Shown here: one piece after another, positions 40,195 to 52,665 of the stretch
Numbering within the stretch: the first letter of the stretch is position 1
Layout of the letters: each line of letters begins with the position of its first letter
DNA from: Octopus bimaculoides
Lineage: Eukaryota
Length of the DNA: 64,000 bases
Assembly: GCF_001194135.2 (NCBI RefSeq)
Contig: NC_068982.1
Location: 94,733,944 to 94,797,943 of the forward strand
Direction: 5' to 3'
Made by a program: the position numbers and the translations under genes
The notes under the pieces: generated by a model
What the model saw: the letters and a program-made list of their open reading frames with translations, nothing else
Databases searched by the model: none
Told to the model about the DNA's origin: nothing

Positions 40195-40475
40195 AAGGCG
40201 GCGAGCTGGCAGAATCATTAGCACGCCGGAAAAAGTGCTTAGCGGCATTTCGTCCGTCGTTACATTCTGAATTAAAATTCCACCGAGGTCGGCTTTGCCT
40301 TTCATCCTTTCTGAGTCGATGAAATAAGTACCAGTTACGCAGTAGAGTCGATGAAATCGATTATTCTCCTCCCTCAAATTTCAGGCTTTGTGCCTTTACT
40401 AGACAGAATTTACTAACAATCTCCCCTAAAACTGCCTTAAGGCCTCGTGCCTTAATTAGAAACAAGTATTAGTAA
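40195..40475 (+). mobile_element. Full-length family A tRNA-derived SINE
   Basis: aaggcggcgagcTGGCAGAATCattagcacg.. (A box), ttctGAATTAAAATTCCaccgaggtcggctttgcc (B box), body and tail. The 3' segment is partly duplicated. Confidence 0.88.
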
Positions 40476-40489
40476 TAGTAGTAGTAGTG

Positions 40490-40520
<31 letters not shown>

Positions 40521-40543
40521 ATCATAATCATATTATTATTATT

Positions 40544-41400
40544 CAGTAGTTTTATTTTTATAGCATGCTTTCACTTCACTACCGAGCGCGCATCTGTGTG
40601 CCTTGGGTATGTGCTGTGGTTTGCTGTCCTGGTGTTTTTCTTATGTATTTGTCTGAATATTTTTTGTTATATCTAATGCACCTACTATGATAGGAATTGT
40701 TTCTGTTTTTAGATTCCACATTCGAGTTACCTCTATTTCCAGGTCTTTGTATTTTGAACGTTTTTCTATTTCTTTTAGGGAAACGTTGTCATCTGCTGGT
40801 ATTGATACATCAATTAGAAAGCATTTTTTTCCCTTCATGATCTTTGACAACTATATCTGGTCTATTGACCTTAATTTCTCTATCTGTGTGTATTAGCATA
40901 TCACAGAGTATGGTTGCTTTCTCGTTTTTTTGTGACCTTTTCTGGCGTGTGCTTATACCATCTTTTTTCTGTTGTTATTCAAAAGTGTTGGCATAGCTTC
41001 CAGTGTATGTAGGTCCCAACTCTGTCGCGTCTGTGAATATTTTCCTTCTTAGCCAGGACTGGGCAACCAGAGACAATATGATTTATTGTTTCTTGTCCAT
41101 CGCCACATATTCTGCAGTTACTTGTTATGTTTCTTTCCATTATATGTTTTTGGTAACTTCTGGTGGGTAGGATTTTGTCTTGAGCTGCAATTAAAAATCC
41201 TCCAGTCTCTGCTTTGAGTCCTGAGCTTCTCAACCATTGCTGGGACTGTTCTCTGTCTATTTTTTTTTTGCATTTAGTTTAGCCCAATATTTTCCATGAA
41301 GGAACATTTCTTTCCATCGTTTTATCATGGTTTTTACGAGTCCCTTTTTTGTTTGGAGCTGTAGCACTGCTTACTTTTTATTCATAGTGTCTTATGTATT
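40544..41400 (-). mobile_element. R4/Dong 3' portion: CCHC zinc knuckle + restriction-like endonuclease + 3'UTR (copy 1)
   Basis: WLRSSGLKAETGGFLIAAQD..NCRICGDGQETINHIVSGCPVLAK (CX2CX7HX4C), then (P)D..KKCFLIDVSIPADDNVSLKEIEKRSKYKDLEIEVTRMWNLKTETIPIIVGAL (PD..D..KxxKY RLE). The 3'UTR ends directly in AATAATAAT. Confidence 0.92.
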
Positions 41401-41423
41401 TTACAATTATTTTATAATACATA

Positions 41424-41559
<136 letters not shown>

Positions 41560-42025
41560 NNNNNNNNNNNNNNNNNNNNNNNNNNNNNNNNNNNNNNNNN
41601 NNNNNNNNNNNNNNNNNNNNNNNNNNNNNNNNNNNNNNNNNNNNNNNNNNNNNNNNNNNNNNNNNNNNNNNNNNNNNNNNNNNNNNNNNNNNNNNNNNNN
41701 NNNNNNNNNNNNNNNNNNNNNNNNNNNNNNNNNNNNNNNNNNNNNNNNNNNNNNNNNNNNNNNNNNNNNNNNNNNNNNNNNNNNNNNNNNNNNNNNNNNN
41801 NNNNNNNNNNNNNNNNNNNNNNNNNNNNNNNNNNNNNNNNNNNNNNNNNNNNNNNNNNNNNNNNNNNNNNNNNNNNNNNNNNNNNNNNNNNNNNNNNNNN
41901 NNNNNNNNNNNNNNNNNNNNNNNNNNNNNNNNNNNNNNNNNNNNNNNNNNNNNNNNNNNNNNNNNNNNNNNNNNNNNNNNNNNNNNNNNNNNNNNNNNNN
42001 NNNNNNNNNNNNNNNNNNNNNNNNN

Positions 42026-42115
42026 TCTTAGCCAGGACTGGGCAGCCAGAGATAATATGATTTATTGTTTCTTGTCGATCTCCACATATTCTACAGTTAC
42101 TTGTTATATTTCTTT

Positions 42116-42117
<2 letters not shown>
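42026..42117 (-). mobile_element. Second 5'-truncated R4/Dong copy (continues into gap)
   Basis: MKRNITSNCRICGDRQETINHIISGCPVLAK. I count 7 differences in about 95 bp versus 41047-41140, so it is a separate copy. Its 5' end fuses directly to (AAT)n on the minus strand. Confidence 0.9.

Positions 42118-42197
<80 letters not shown>
42118..42197. repeat. (ATT)n/(TAA)n tract between two R4 copies
   Basis: About 26 ATT units. Confidence 0.97.
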
Positions 42198-42199
<2 letters not shown>

Positions 42200-42200
<1 letters not shown>

Positions 42201-42600
42201 AATTACCAACTCATATTTGTATTGCACGCTTCTGTTGTACTACCGAGTGCAAGTTTGCATAACACGAATATATGCAATGTTTTGTTTTGGATTTGGGTTT
42301 TATTCTATTGTAATTAATCCTTGTAACATATGTGCGATACCTAATACTACTATTTCTTGTATTTTGTGGATAATTCTAAGTCCTGTGGTTATAATCATGT
42401 ACTTGCTTGCTTATGTTTTCATTATTATTTCCAAAGCATTTATCCCTACTTATCACCATAGCTCTTACTTCCAACTTACATTCCACAGTTTCAGAATATC
42501 TGTGTGTCAAGATTGCTACATTCAGATAATTTCTGCATTTATTTGAAATTAGAAGGCTTTCCTTTTTCCTAGTAGACATTGATAATAACATCCAATAGAT
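42200..42600 (-). mobile_element. Older R4/Dong 3' end (copy 3)
   Basis: QKLSECSNLDTQIF (cf. EKLSKYKDLEIEI) and IHKIQEIVVLGIAHML (cf. EIQKIVLMGTAHIL). The 3'UTR motif gcactcggtagt..gaagcgtgcaatacaaat matches copy 1 gcgctcggtagt..gaaagcatgctataaaaat. Confidence 0.72.
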
Positions 42601-43169
42601 TAACTTTTATCATTTTGACTACGTTTATCTCGTCCTATTTTCTCCTATGTTGTTGGGTTTTTTTTACATTGTCTGTGGGTTTTTATTGTGTATACTTATG
42701 ATATCACTTAACTACTAGCATTTCATAATATTAGCATAATGTTTATAATATATAAACCTGAAATTACATCACGCTTTTAAATGTATTGTTTCTGAGCTAA
42801 GTCTAACAACCAGAGAAAATATTGGTAACCGTTTCTTCCACCTACTGAGATAATATTCGGTTAATTAATGCAACACGTCTCCTTGCTTGATTTTAGTTGT
42901 TTCTTGTTGGAAGAATTTGGTCTTGTTCTGCAACCAGTACCACTGTTGAGCTAGTCTATTTCTACTATATTGAACTTTGTCTCATACTTCCCATATAAAG
43001 GAATTCAGTATCAATTTTGTATGACATTTGAGGCTCATCACAATATGTGTTGATATTTATTTTCACCCACAGCACAACTCTCATTTCAGCGTCTGTTTTG
43101 TAACTCTTAGTGTGTTTGAAGCCCGAAAATACTTTATTTTATTTTGTTCTTATCCTATACACACACGCG

Positions 43170-43216
<47 letters not shown>

Positions 43217-43217
43217 T

Positions 43218-43915
43218 AGTTGCGCTGAGTAAATTGTCACCATTTTATATTTTTTATTTCGTGCATCCAAATTTGATTTTGTGGACTACACAGTATTGTA
43301 AGATCATTTGGGCACCGTCTGTGAGAAAAAACTGCACCATGACGCAATTCACTCTGCCAGAAATTGGGAATCAACATGCTGTACTGATTGGCATTCTCAT
43401 CGGAAGCTCCAATACGAATATTTCAGAGTGTTTGGGTGTCAACTTGATGACAGTGCTATCTGAGAATATGCAACGAGAGTGATAAAAAACAAGCATCCAG
43501 GCAATATCATTGTGTTTGGGGTAATCACTAGTGATGGCGACGTTATGCTTCTATTCATCTTCCCACACGGCCTCACACTCAACACGGATACCTACATCAA
43601 GTGCCTTGAGTAGGTAGTACTGCCCTGGATCAAATGAGCGGTTGCTGGAAGACACTACCTCGGGCAACAGGACTCTGTACCATGCCACACAAGCAGGAAA
43701 CCTAGTCATGACTGTTAGATAATTTCTGCGACCACAGTTGAGCGAGAGACCAACAATACTCTTTGTAACACCAAAGATGAACTTAAACAAGGAGTATGAC
43801 CAGAAGAGTTGCAGTAGATTCCACAGTCGTCTGGAGGCCATGGTTGAAGCCAATGACAATTTTATTAAAGAAATTTACTTTTTAGTATTTCAAAATATTT
43901 TCATGTAATTTACAC
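43218..43915 (+). mobile_element. Internally deleted Tc1/mariner (probable DD37D/maT) copy
   Basis: Shares 5' region and transposase pieces with 5705-6243. N-terminus MTQFTLPEIGNQHAVLIG..NISECLGVNLMTV; catalytic piece KHP..VFGVITSDGDVM..QQDS; C-terminus RLEAMVEANDNFIK. Confidence 0.85.
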
Positions 43916-44235
43916 CGCCAAAACGTCTTGTGGACAAACCACAGCAGTAATCGTTTTCATCTAAATAGACGTCATTGATTGGTTGAAATTACCGAAATAC
44001 GACAACTTTAACACGAAATAACTTCGAAAAATAAAGAATTTTCTTAAAAACGCCAAGAATAAATGATGTTTTAAATGTCACATTCTACCAGTATACGAAA
44101 TTTTTAAGTGTTTAGTTACAAAAAATTATTCTTTCTATGTCCCGGCCAAAAGGAAAAGATCCTCTATTGAAATGAGATTTTAGTGGTATTTTCATTTTTG
44201 CGTAATTTAGTCGACTGTTTATACACCGCACCCTG
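43916..44235. mobile_element. Tc1/mariner-type MITE end
   Basis: Terminates ..caccgcaccctg|TA (reverse complement TA|CAGGGTGCGGTG). The partner TIR was not found. Confidence 0.5.
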
Positions 44236-44885
44236 TATATNNNNNNNNNNNNNNNNNNNNNNNNNNNNNNNNNNNNNNNNNNNNNNNNNNNNNTATATAT
44301 ATATATATATTTATATATATATACATGAGTGTGTGTGTGTGTGGGGGGGTGTATGTGTGTGTTTGTGTGTATTAGTTTTCCGTTCTTTATTACTAAGTAT
44401 TTTCATAGTCTTACTAATATATTTCGGAATAGGTTCTTTGTTCTATAAGGCCGCTTACTCTTTATGTTTGTGATAAATATCTCTCCAGCTTCAAGGTTTG
44501 GTAGTATGCTCTAAACACATACATTACTTTTTTTTCTCAGTATAGTCTTGTAATTTTGTTTTTTCGTCCAAGTGAGAACATTAGAGGTATAATATATTAC
44601 CAATGCCTATTACCTTATCTTTCTGGAATGAGTTATGTTTTAAGAATTTATTTAATGCGCATAAAATATTTCATAGTAAACTTTCCTTTCGTCTGTATAT
44701 TTTCTGGTTTATCATTTCATATTTATTTTTCTATCTCTTATCTCAGTTTCTTTAACTAGCATGTTATTAATGTTCTTACTTAATTTCTCTTTCTCTCGCG
44801 TGCGCTCTTCAAATCATTTCAGGGTCGTCTTGGTACTTTTACTTTTTAATCCAGGTCTCGTATGGATCTTTTTCTGCTATATGTC

Positions 44886-44970
<85 letters not shown>

Positions 44971-45039
44971 AAGATGGCTTATTCGAAATTTACAACCAAA
45001 AGGCAGAAGTATTGATCTTTCATACAAGATTTTTGTAGA

Positions 45040-47600
45040 TCGTAGTAAGGAAAGTTCTATCTGTTGCTTTCAGAATTTCTTGTACATTTTTCCTCCTGTA
45101 AAACAGGTTTTCCACTTGAATTTCTTAGATGGCATTCCTAGTACCATCTGTCGCCAATTAAAACTCTCTGTTGGCTATATACGTGATTCTTGCAACATTT
45201 CAAAATGACGTTTAAAATATGTTTATGTGCGGTCGTCACCACACAAATATTTGAAATATCTTTGTGTTTGGAGTCTTTTGCACATGTTGACATACTTTTT
45301 CGTTATGATTTAGCACAATTGATCAGATGCTATTTGCATTACTTTGAAAATTCTAGCAATCAGTGATCGCTTCGCTGCTGCCTATACCCGTCACCTTAAT
45401 TCGTCTATGTCTCCTGCAGTTGATGCTACAGTCATTTCTATTTCATTTCTAGTAAGCTCTTGATAAAATGGTTTTCGACTGGAGTCCAATTCATTGATTT
45501 TAAATAAGTATTATTATTTTTCATAAGAATCTTCTTTGCAATTTAGCAAGGATATTTTCTTTGACTTTGGATACTTCTGTTTTTCATTTTATCTATATGG
45601 TATTTGTCTCTCGTTCCATTTTTCAGTTTTGTCATCTCGTTATTGAATTCATTAACGATTAACAGAGATGTTTTCTCATATTTTTATCATAGTCTGAATA
45701 TTTTCTGAATATTTGTTTTCTGTATTGCTTCCTTGGCAATTTCTATTTGGCTGGATCTGAGTGAGCAACAACTTCCGTTTATAATTACAGTGGATGTTAC
45801 ATATATTATTTTATATAACTTTATTTCATTTCATTTGCCATATAGACAGTACACAGAGTAGCTGCAGGCTGGACAAACACATTAATGAGATGAATGATGA
45901 ACGCAATGATATTAATGGGAGAAGACAGAAGCCGCCCGCCGAACTTTGCTTCTCTAAAACATTGTTCTTTTATAAATGTATACATAAATTTACAAATTGA
46001 GGCTATAAACCTCTTACTGTACAATTTCAATTTATCATGTCTTTGAAATGAGGCACTTGCCTCTTATACTTTTCTTTTTATGGGTTACAAGCCCTTTCAA
46101 TATGAGGCACTCGTCCTCTTACATTTAACCACCCGACCAGACTCCGTGCTTCACTTAAGCATCTCACTGGTTCTTCATGGGGCCACTTCAGTAAGTAGCG
46201 GAATGCGTCTTTGGGGAAGGAATTCCTCACCTTGCACAAGTCTGTCTCCTTCACGACCTCCGCAGTCGCCTGCGGAGGCCAACCAGGGTCCTTGGTACAG
46301 GTGAGGATCCCTCTCCTCCGACCCTTCCTGGTAAACTTTTTAACAAAATTTTCAACGGCCCCTCCTTTGTGGAAGAGAACTACAAATTCCTCCTCCTCAT
46401 AGGGCGAGGCCTAATCATTTTATATAACTTGGCGGTATTTATGCTCTTGTTTCTTTTATTGGTATTTCTGAGGGTCATTTTTTAATTCATAATGTTGTTC
46501 ACATTTTCTTGCTGAATTTTTCCCTTAAGAAATAATTATTTTCGAGTGCCTGAATAACTACCGTAATGAATTTTTTCTGGTTCTTTGTGTTGTTAGTTCA
46601 AATCTCGGTAGTCTCAACTCTGCATTTCAATCTTTGACGATCGATTAAATATAATACCAATCAATACAGGAATCAATAGGATCAACTAACTGTCTGTCCA
46701 TAAAAATTGCTGGTCTAGTGCCTAAATTAGGAAGCAAGTCTCTGACATGCTGGTGAATTCAGTGAAGATTATGATTGCATTCATTGAAATTCAAGCAAAT
46801 TTATTTCCCAGATGTTTGTACTACTTCATCGGCAGGTGTGGTCATAACATGCGTATTAGATTTTCCAATTTTTATAAACGAGATTTTAGGATTGTTTCGG
46901 AACACACTGTTATCCTTGGAGAAGTTTGTCCTTTACCCGAGCCCCCTTTGACGTACTGCGTTGGTTTGGATCGTTTAATTGATTCTTTTCTTTCGATTGA
47001 TTCATAGATTTCACTTACCCTTTTGTGGATCGTATTTTCTGTTCAGCTTTTTAGCTTTTGTTACCTTACCATTTTCTTAACTCTCAAGTATTTTCAATTC
47101 TTTTTTGTCATACCGACCTCTTATATATATACTAAGTCTTTCTCTTTACTTGAATATCAAACTGTGCAGTGGTTATTGAATCTGCAGCATGGGCATATTG
47201 TTCAGTGAAGTATGACTACTTCATTTTCATTCATGATGGATTCTATAAATGCACTTATCTTATTCTACTTTTTGTCTTAAGTAGTGAATCTTGGGAAGTC
47301 ATTGCGATCTTCGTGATCTGTGTTTGACCTTCAGCTACTCTAATGGAATTTTATCTTGAAAATTGTCAATTTCAGTTTCTGTGTTTCCACTTGCAGCCTA
47401 ATGAATCTCATTAACATCATCGTCAGTTAGTATTTCTCCGAATACCTCGGATTGGGTCTTTCTCATACCAGGTTTCACTTCTACAGTTCGGGATACTTTG
47501 CATCGTTATTTACATTCTCGTTTGTATTACTAATTTGTTAGATACACATGTCAGTTAACGGCTTTTTTCACTAAGATATTCCTGTAAACGTAGCCAATTT
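45040..47600 (-). mobile_element. Fragmented old R4-type element (pieces at about 45040-45300, 46750-47000, 47300-47530), interrupted by a GC-rich insert
   Basis: NFSKDNSVFRNNPKISFIKIGKSNTHVMTTPADEVVQTSGK*I aligns with KFYKQNKMFKYNAKSFYREIGKDKITTVNPPLMEGDENFGKGI of the 4.2-kb copy. GKPVLQE..QEILKAT resembles the C-terminus. Confidence 0.5.
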
Positions 47601-48049
47601 ATTGTTATCTATATTCGGACAATTCGTAGTGATTTTCTTGCCCCAATCAATGTAAGGATATATGTTATGTATTAGATCTATCTGATGAAAAGTATAATGC
47701 AGTATAGTAGGCTTTTTGATCTTCCTTATATTCTTCCCTAGTCAATACTATTTATGTTTTATCGCATGCTGTTGTTTTGTATGAGATCCATTAATAGGAG
47801 TCATCCTGTTAAACGCAGAGTTGATGCTTGTATTTTTGGAATCAAACGATTCACAGAATTTTCAGCCCCTAATTGGTGTGAACTCTGAGCAATCTACTCA
47901 ATTTTTTTAACCAGTCGACGACCGTTCCGATATGCATCTTTTTTTCTAGGCATTTAGCCTATACCTCCGTGTTGTCTTTATTGCCAAGACGGTCGTTCTA
48001 TTGTGATCCTACCTCGTGAGATATGTGGAAGGCCGATATCACGTCCTGT

Positions 48050-48260
48050 TTCTCTATAATCGTTAGCGCATCTGGCAAAATGCTTTGTGACATTTCTTGC
48101 GGCATTTCACGTTCGGAGTTCAAGTCTCACCGATGTCGCATTTGTTATTCATCCTTTATGGTTTGATAAAATAAAGTACCGTTGAAGTACTGGGGTCGAT
48201 ATGATCGACTGGCTACTCATCCAAATTTCAACCTCGACCCTATATTAAAAACAATTATTA
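48050..48260 (+). mobile_element. Family A SINE (diverged)
   Basis: taatcgttagcg..aaaatgct..gttcggagttcaagtctc..ataaagtacc..actggggtcgatatgatcgact. Confidence 0.75.
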
Positions 48261-48519
48261 AATGATGCTGTTTTGTACGGTTGTACAGATTTCTAGCATC
48301 CTAACACATTGCTCAACTTCGTGAACCCCACTTTGCACAAAATGCGTTCATTTATGGTCTTTATTTTCCCATTTGTAAATATGCGTTGCTCTTTATGGAG
48401 ATGTGGGTGTGTTCTTGCGCTAGCAAGTTTTCTATGCGGTCCGTTAGTATATGTTCATGAGAACCAGTTCCTCAGAATTTGATTGCGAACAGCAATGTAT
48501 AAAGACAACGAAATACAAG

Positions 48520-48628
<109 letters not shown>

Positions 48629-50914
48629 GAGTGCTTACTCTTGTTAGATCTGTTTTCAGTAGAGCAGATTAACAAGGTTGATATGCACTCAGAAGATGAA
48701 ACAAGACTAGCAGGGACAACTGATGATTACTCCAGTCAATGTATGAAATAGGCGGAACATTTAGTAGTAAATCCAAGCCATGGAGAAAATTTGGTTAACT
48801 GGTTTCACTTGGTGTTTCTATTTGTCTTCATGGATAGATAGCTAAAAAGCATTATGTTTCATTGCTGTGTTTACAGCATGTAATATATGCATTTTGCAGT
48901 ACTATGTATACTCTTGGAGGTGTTCAACAGTTTTACAGCGAACTATTAATAAAATTGACTAACTTGCCCGTGTTTCAATAGCTATTTGTATTTCTTATTA
49001 ATGCTAGAAGAATGTATACATGCATACATACATACATACATACATACATACGCACTCATACATATATATACACACCATTGCTGTGTCGATAGCGTTTAAT
49101 GTCTGTATTTTGCAGTGGTATAAATTATCTTCGATATGTTTCACATTTTTCTGAGTTTGTGTAAGTTTCACCTGGGCTTCACATCTTTTGTAGCTGTGTA
49201 GCTTATTTCAGCTGTTCCTCCTCTGTAGTCATCTTCACTTTTGATGAATGATCTAAAATTTGAATTCTTTTGATATTCTAAAAAACTTTTCAGCGAGACA
49301 TGCAACCGGAAATCCTTGAATCGATTCTTCGATATGAAAGAGAAGATATGTTTGCGTATTCGAGTTACTAGAAATCATACACTCACAGAAAGCTGTAGAT
49401 TTTGAATTTTTGAGGTGATTTTTGCTTTACTTAGTTTTTTTTTTTCTTTTTTTTTTGCCTGTTTAGTTAATAGCCTGTGCACTGATAGAAAGAAATATAA
49501 CTTCACAGAAAATTGTAGACGTTGAAGTTGCTAAGAATACTTTATTTTTTAAAGAAAATTTCAGCTGAAATATATTTGTATTTTTGTTTCGTTAACTGCT
49601 AACTTGCTTGAGTTACGGAAATACGTCTAGCCACTACACCTGCTTCTATCTCTTCCCTGTGGGAGGTACGCATTCCACTGTTAAGCTGATCTATCTGTTC
49701 CCAGCGCTGCCTAAAAGCGGTGTTCGGCATACTATTGGAGTTACTGTACAGGGACCTGCTGAAGACGTGCTACCTTAATGTTTTCCTTGATGATGCACAG
49801 GTGTGGTTTCCGTTTGTAAGACACGTTTTTCTGCAGTTTATCTTTTTCACTGAGCTGCAGTCCTGAGTTAAGAAAATAGTACAATTAGGTGGCTGGCACC
49901 TTGAATGTAGTCAGACACGCACACTGGCCTTTACAAGTGAGGTCTTGCGGTCAGTAGAAATTCTACATAAGCAATATACAGAGACGTCTTAGGTGAGTAA
50001 ATCCGATTACATTTCTCACAGAAACTCTAGGCATGGATAAGGAGAAACTAACTGGTCCTCATTCGGAGGACATTCACACCAGATATTGCAATTAATAACT
50101 ACTAGAAGTTCTTAGCTTGATGGTACTACCAACACTTGTTCGAGATAAAATCTACAGGCAGTAAGTGCTGCCAGGAGTGACTACCCGAAATGCGCGCAGA
50201 ATGACGAAACCGTAGTTCAGGCACTCGATTGGGGTCCAAGTATTGTTGGCTTGTGAAATTATATCAAACATCTGTTGTCTCCCGAATCCTTTTATTGGGT
50301 GTGTTCATTATAAGGTTCTCCCTACCTTCCACGTTTAACAAGGCAGGAAAGGTTGCATTCCTTTGTCTAATGGCTACAGTGAAATTTCTCAATAGGGGAA
50401 GAGGCTTAATTGCATTGAGGATAGTCACTTTCTCTATCATTCGATTCCTCATCGACATTTTAAAATTCCATTTCCAAAGAAAATCGAGTGTGGCGAAGGA
50501 AGTCATGCTTCTCTGAATGAATTTGTTACAAGGTAAGAGACTGACAAAATGGTTAGTGTGTATGAAGCTCCTCTAAACGTGCACCTGTAGATTGGAAGAC
50601 AACTATTGGGCGACGACTTGTGGCACTGGAGATCAGGGTGATTCCTTGTTCGTAATTCTTTGTTCATACTTGAAGGTTCTTTTCTGTCAGGAGTGCGTCA
50701 TAGATGTGTTCACATATTATATATATATAAATATATATATACATATATANNNNNNNNNNNNNNNNNNNNNNNNNNNNNNNNNNNNNNNNNNNNNNNNNNN
50801 NNNNNNNNNNNNNNNNNNNNNNNNNNNNNNNNNNNNNNNNNNNNNNNNNNNNNNNNNNNNNNNNNNNNNNNNNNNNNNNNNNNNNNNNNNNNNNNNNNNN
50901 NNNNNNNNNNNNNN

Positions 50915-51053
50915 GTCATTGATGCCCCAGTGGCAAATAAATGGAATTATTATTTCTATTACTCCCCTTCCCCAAAATGTATTATTTTAATCCCCTTTCC
51001 CCAAAATTTCAGGCCTTGTGCCTATAGTAGAAAAGATTATTATTATTATTATT
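50915..51053 (+). mobile_element. Family A SINE 3' half with (ATT)6 tail
   Basis: ccccaaaatttcaggccttgtgcctatagtagaaaagATTATT..; the head is lost in the gap. Confidence 0.75.
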
Positions 51054-51803
51054 GAGTGAGAGAGCAGGGCATGCAATCAAAGTGTCACTGGGGTAAAATA
51101 TACGAACCCCATTATACCCATCATGACTACCCGTCTGATAAGGGTACACCAGGAACATGCATCACAACCATATGTGCGCGACATGGTGATCTCATATCAA
51201 GATAAACAGCGCATGACCTCGCAGGTGGGGCCCAGTTAGAATTTTCTTCAGGTCGGGTATCCTATCCTGCTCAAAAGGTCCCTGAATAAGGTTTGTTTAA
51301 GGATGTTGAGCAAAATACCCATTTTTCTAAAGGTGAACTATTCAAACCCCAAATAATTATTCTCAACACATGGCTATGATGCTGCCCCACTACTTCTGCT
51401 CATGATCAGAGATGCACATATCGTCAGCCACCAAGGGACATGCTCAACTAGTTAAGGTCAAACAACTGACAAGCAAATCTGTGGTATTAAGCAGAATATT
51501 TGCTGTAGCCCATCTTTTATACCAAGACAAAACAATGTACATGATAACACTTCCAATCAATTAAGATCAGAATCCATGAGAGCCATTGCCTGGTATTGCA
51601 TCCGGGCATTTGCCTGGTACTGCATCCGGGCATTTTACCTGGTACAGCGTCCGGGCATTTGCCTGGTACTGCATCCGGGCATTTTACCTGGTACTGCATC
51701 CGAGCATTTGCCTGGTACTGTATCCGGGCATTTGCCTGGTACTGCATCCGGGCATTTGCCTGGTAGTGCATCCGGACATTTGCCTCGTACTGCATCCGGG
51801 CAT
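51054..51803 (-). mobile_element. About 750-bp non-coding interspersed element with (AAT)n tail, inserted in an ATT tract
   Basis: Flanked by (ATT)6 at 51036-51053 and (ATT)4 at 51804-51815. No long ORF and no A/B boxes seen. I recall this sequence as an abundant octopus repeat (unverified). Orientation is inferred from the tail. Confidence 0.6.
51584..51803. repeat. 24/25-bp minisatellite, 9 copies (GCATTTGCCTGGTACTGCATCCGG)
   Basis: Nine ATCCGG-anchored units with no spacers; two units carry a TTTTACC 25-bp variant. Confidence 0.95.
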
Positions 51804-51815
51804 ATTATTATTATT

Positions 51816-52665
51816 AAGGCAGTGAGGTGTCAGAATCGTTAGCACGCCGAGCAATATGCTTAGCTACGTTGTGTGCTTTTTGTCGCTACGTTCTGTGTTC
51901 AAATTCCACCGAGGTCGATTTTGCCCTTCTGAGTTGATAAATTAAGTACCACTTAAACACTGGGGTCAATGTAATCACCTTCCCACAAATTTCAGGCCTT
52001 ATTCCTATAGTAGAAAGGATTATTTTAAGGCGTCGAGCTGTCAGAATCGTTAGCATACTGAGCTAAATTATTATCGGTACTTCATCCAACTTTACGTTTT
52101 GAGATCAAATGACTGCGAGGGAGACTTTGCCTTTCGTCGTTTCGGAATCGATTAAATAAGTACTAGTTGAGCACTAGGGTTGATGTCATCGACTATTCCA
52201 AGCTCTCCAAAATTGAAGGCGTTGTGCATCCAGGTCGAGTGTAGGACATTTATCCCCATGTACTATAACACCCCACCCCGTAAATTACCCCTGAAGAAAC
52301 AGATGATGATTTAAAACATCTTAATATATTTGAGAGGCGGGAATTAATCAGGGGGGGGGGGTAATTATCCTAGGGGGTAGTTGTTGTCGAGGGGAATAGT
52401 CCTATGGGGATAATTGCCCCAGTAGGGTAATTAATTGTCCTGATACATCCAGTACAAAGTATTATTAAGCTGGCAACCTGTCAGAATCTTAGGCAATCAG
52501 GCAAAATGTTTAGTGACCGTTCTTTTGGCTTTTTGTGTTCTGAGTTTAAATGCCGCCGAAGTCGATTTTGCCTTTTGTCATTTCGAGGTCAAGTATTATG
52601 ATCGATATAAAAGACTAGTTTCCCGTCCGCTAAAATTGTTCGCTCTGTATCAAAATTTGAAAAAA
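51816..52665 (+). mobile_element. Three family A SINE copies (51816-52026, 52027-52235, about 52467-52665)
   Basis: Each starts aaggc/aagct..gtcagaatc(g)tt, with a B-box remnant (gttcaaattcc) and body. The first two are directly head-to-tail at an ATT tail. Confidence 0.85.

Noticed and set aside
48715-48755. CTGATGA..GAAA as a second hammerhead
   Set aside because: Stem II is only about 3 bp with a mismatched closing pair, and there is no NUH/stem I partner. At best a heavily decayed pLTR.
51584-51803. 24-bp repeats as a CRISPR array or as a coding repeat (ORFs 51517-51842)
   Set aside because: There are no unique spacers, no cas genes and the context is eukaryotic. All frames are open only because the unit lacks stops.
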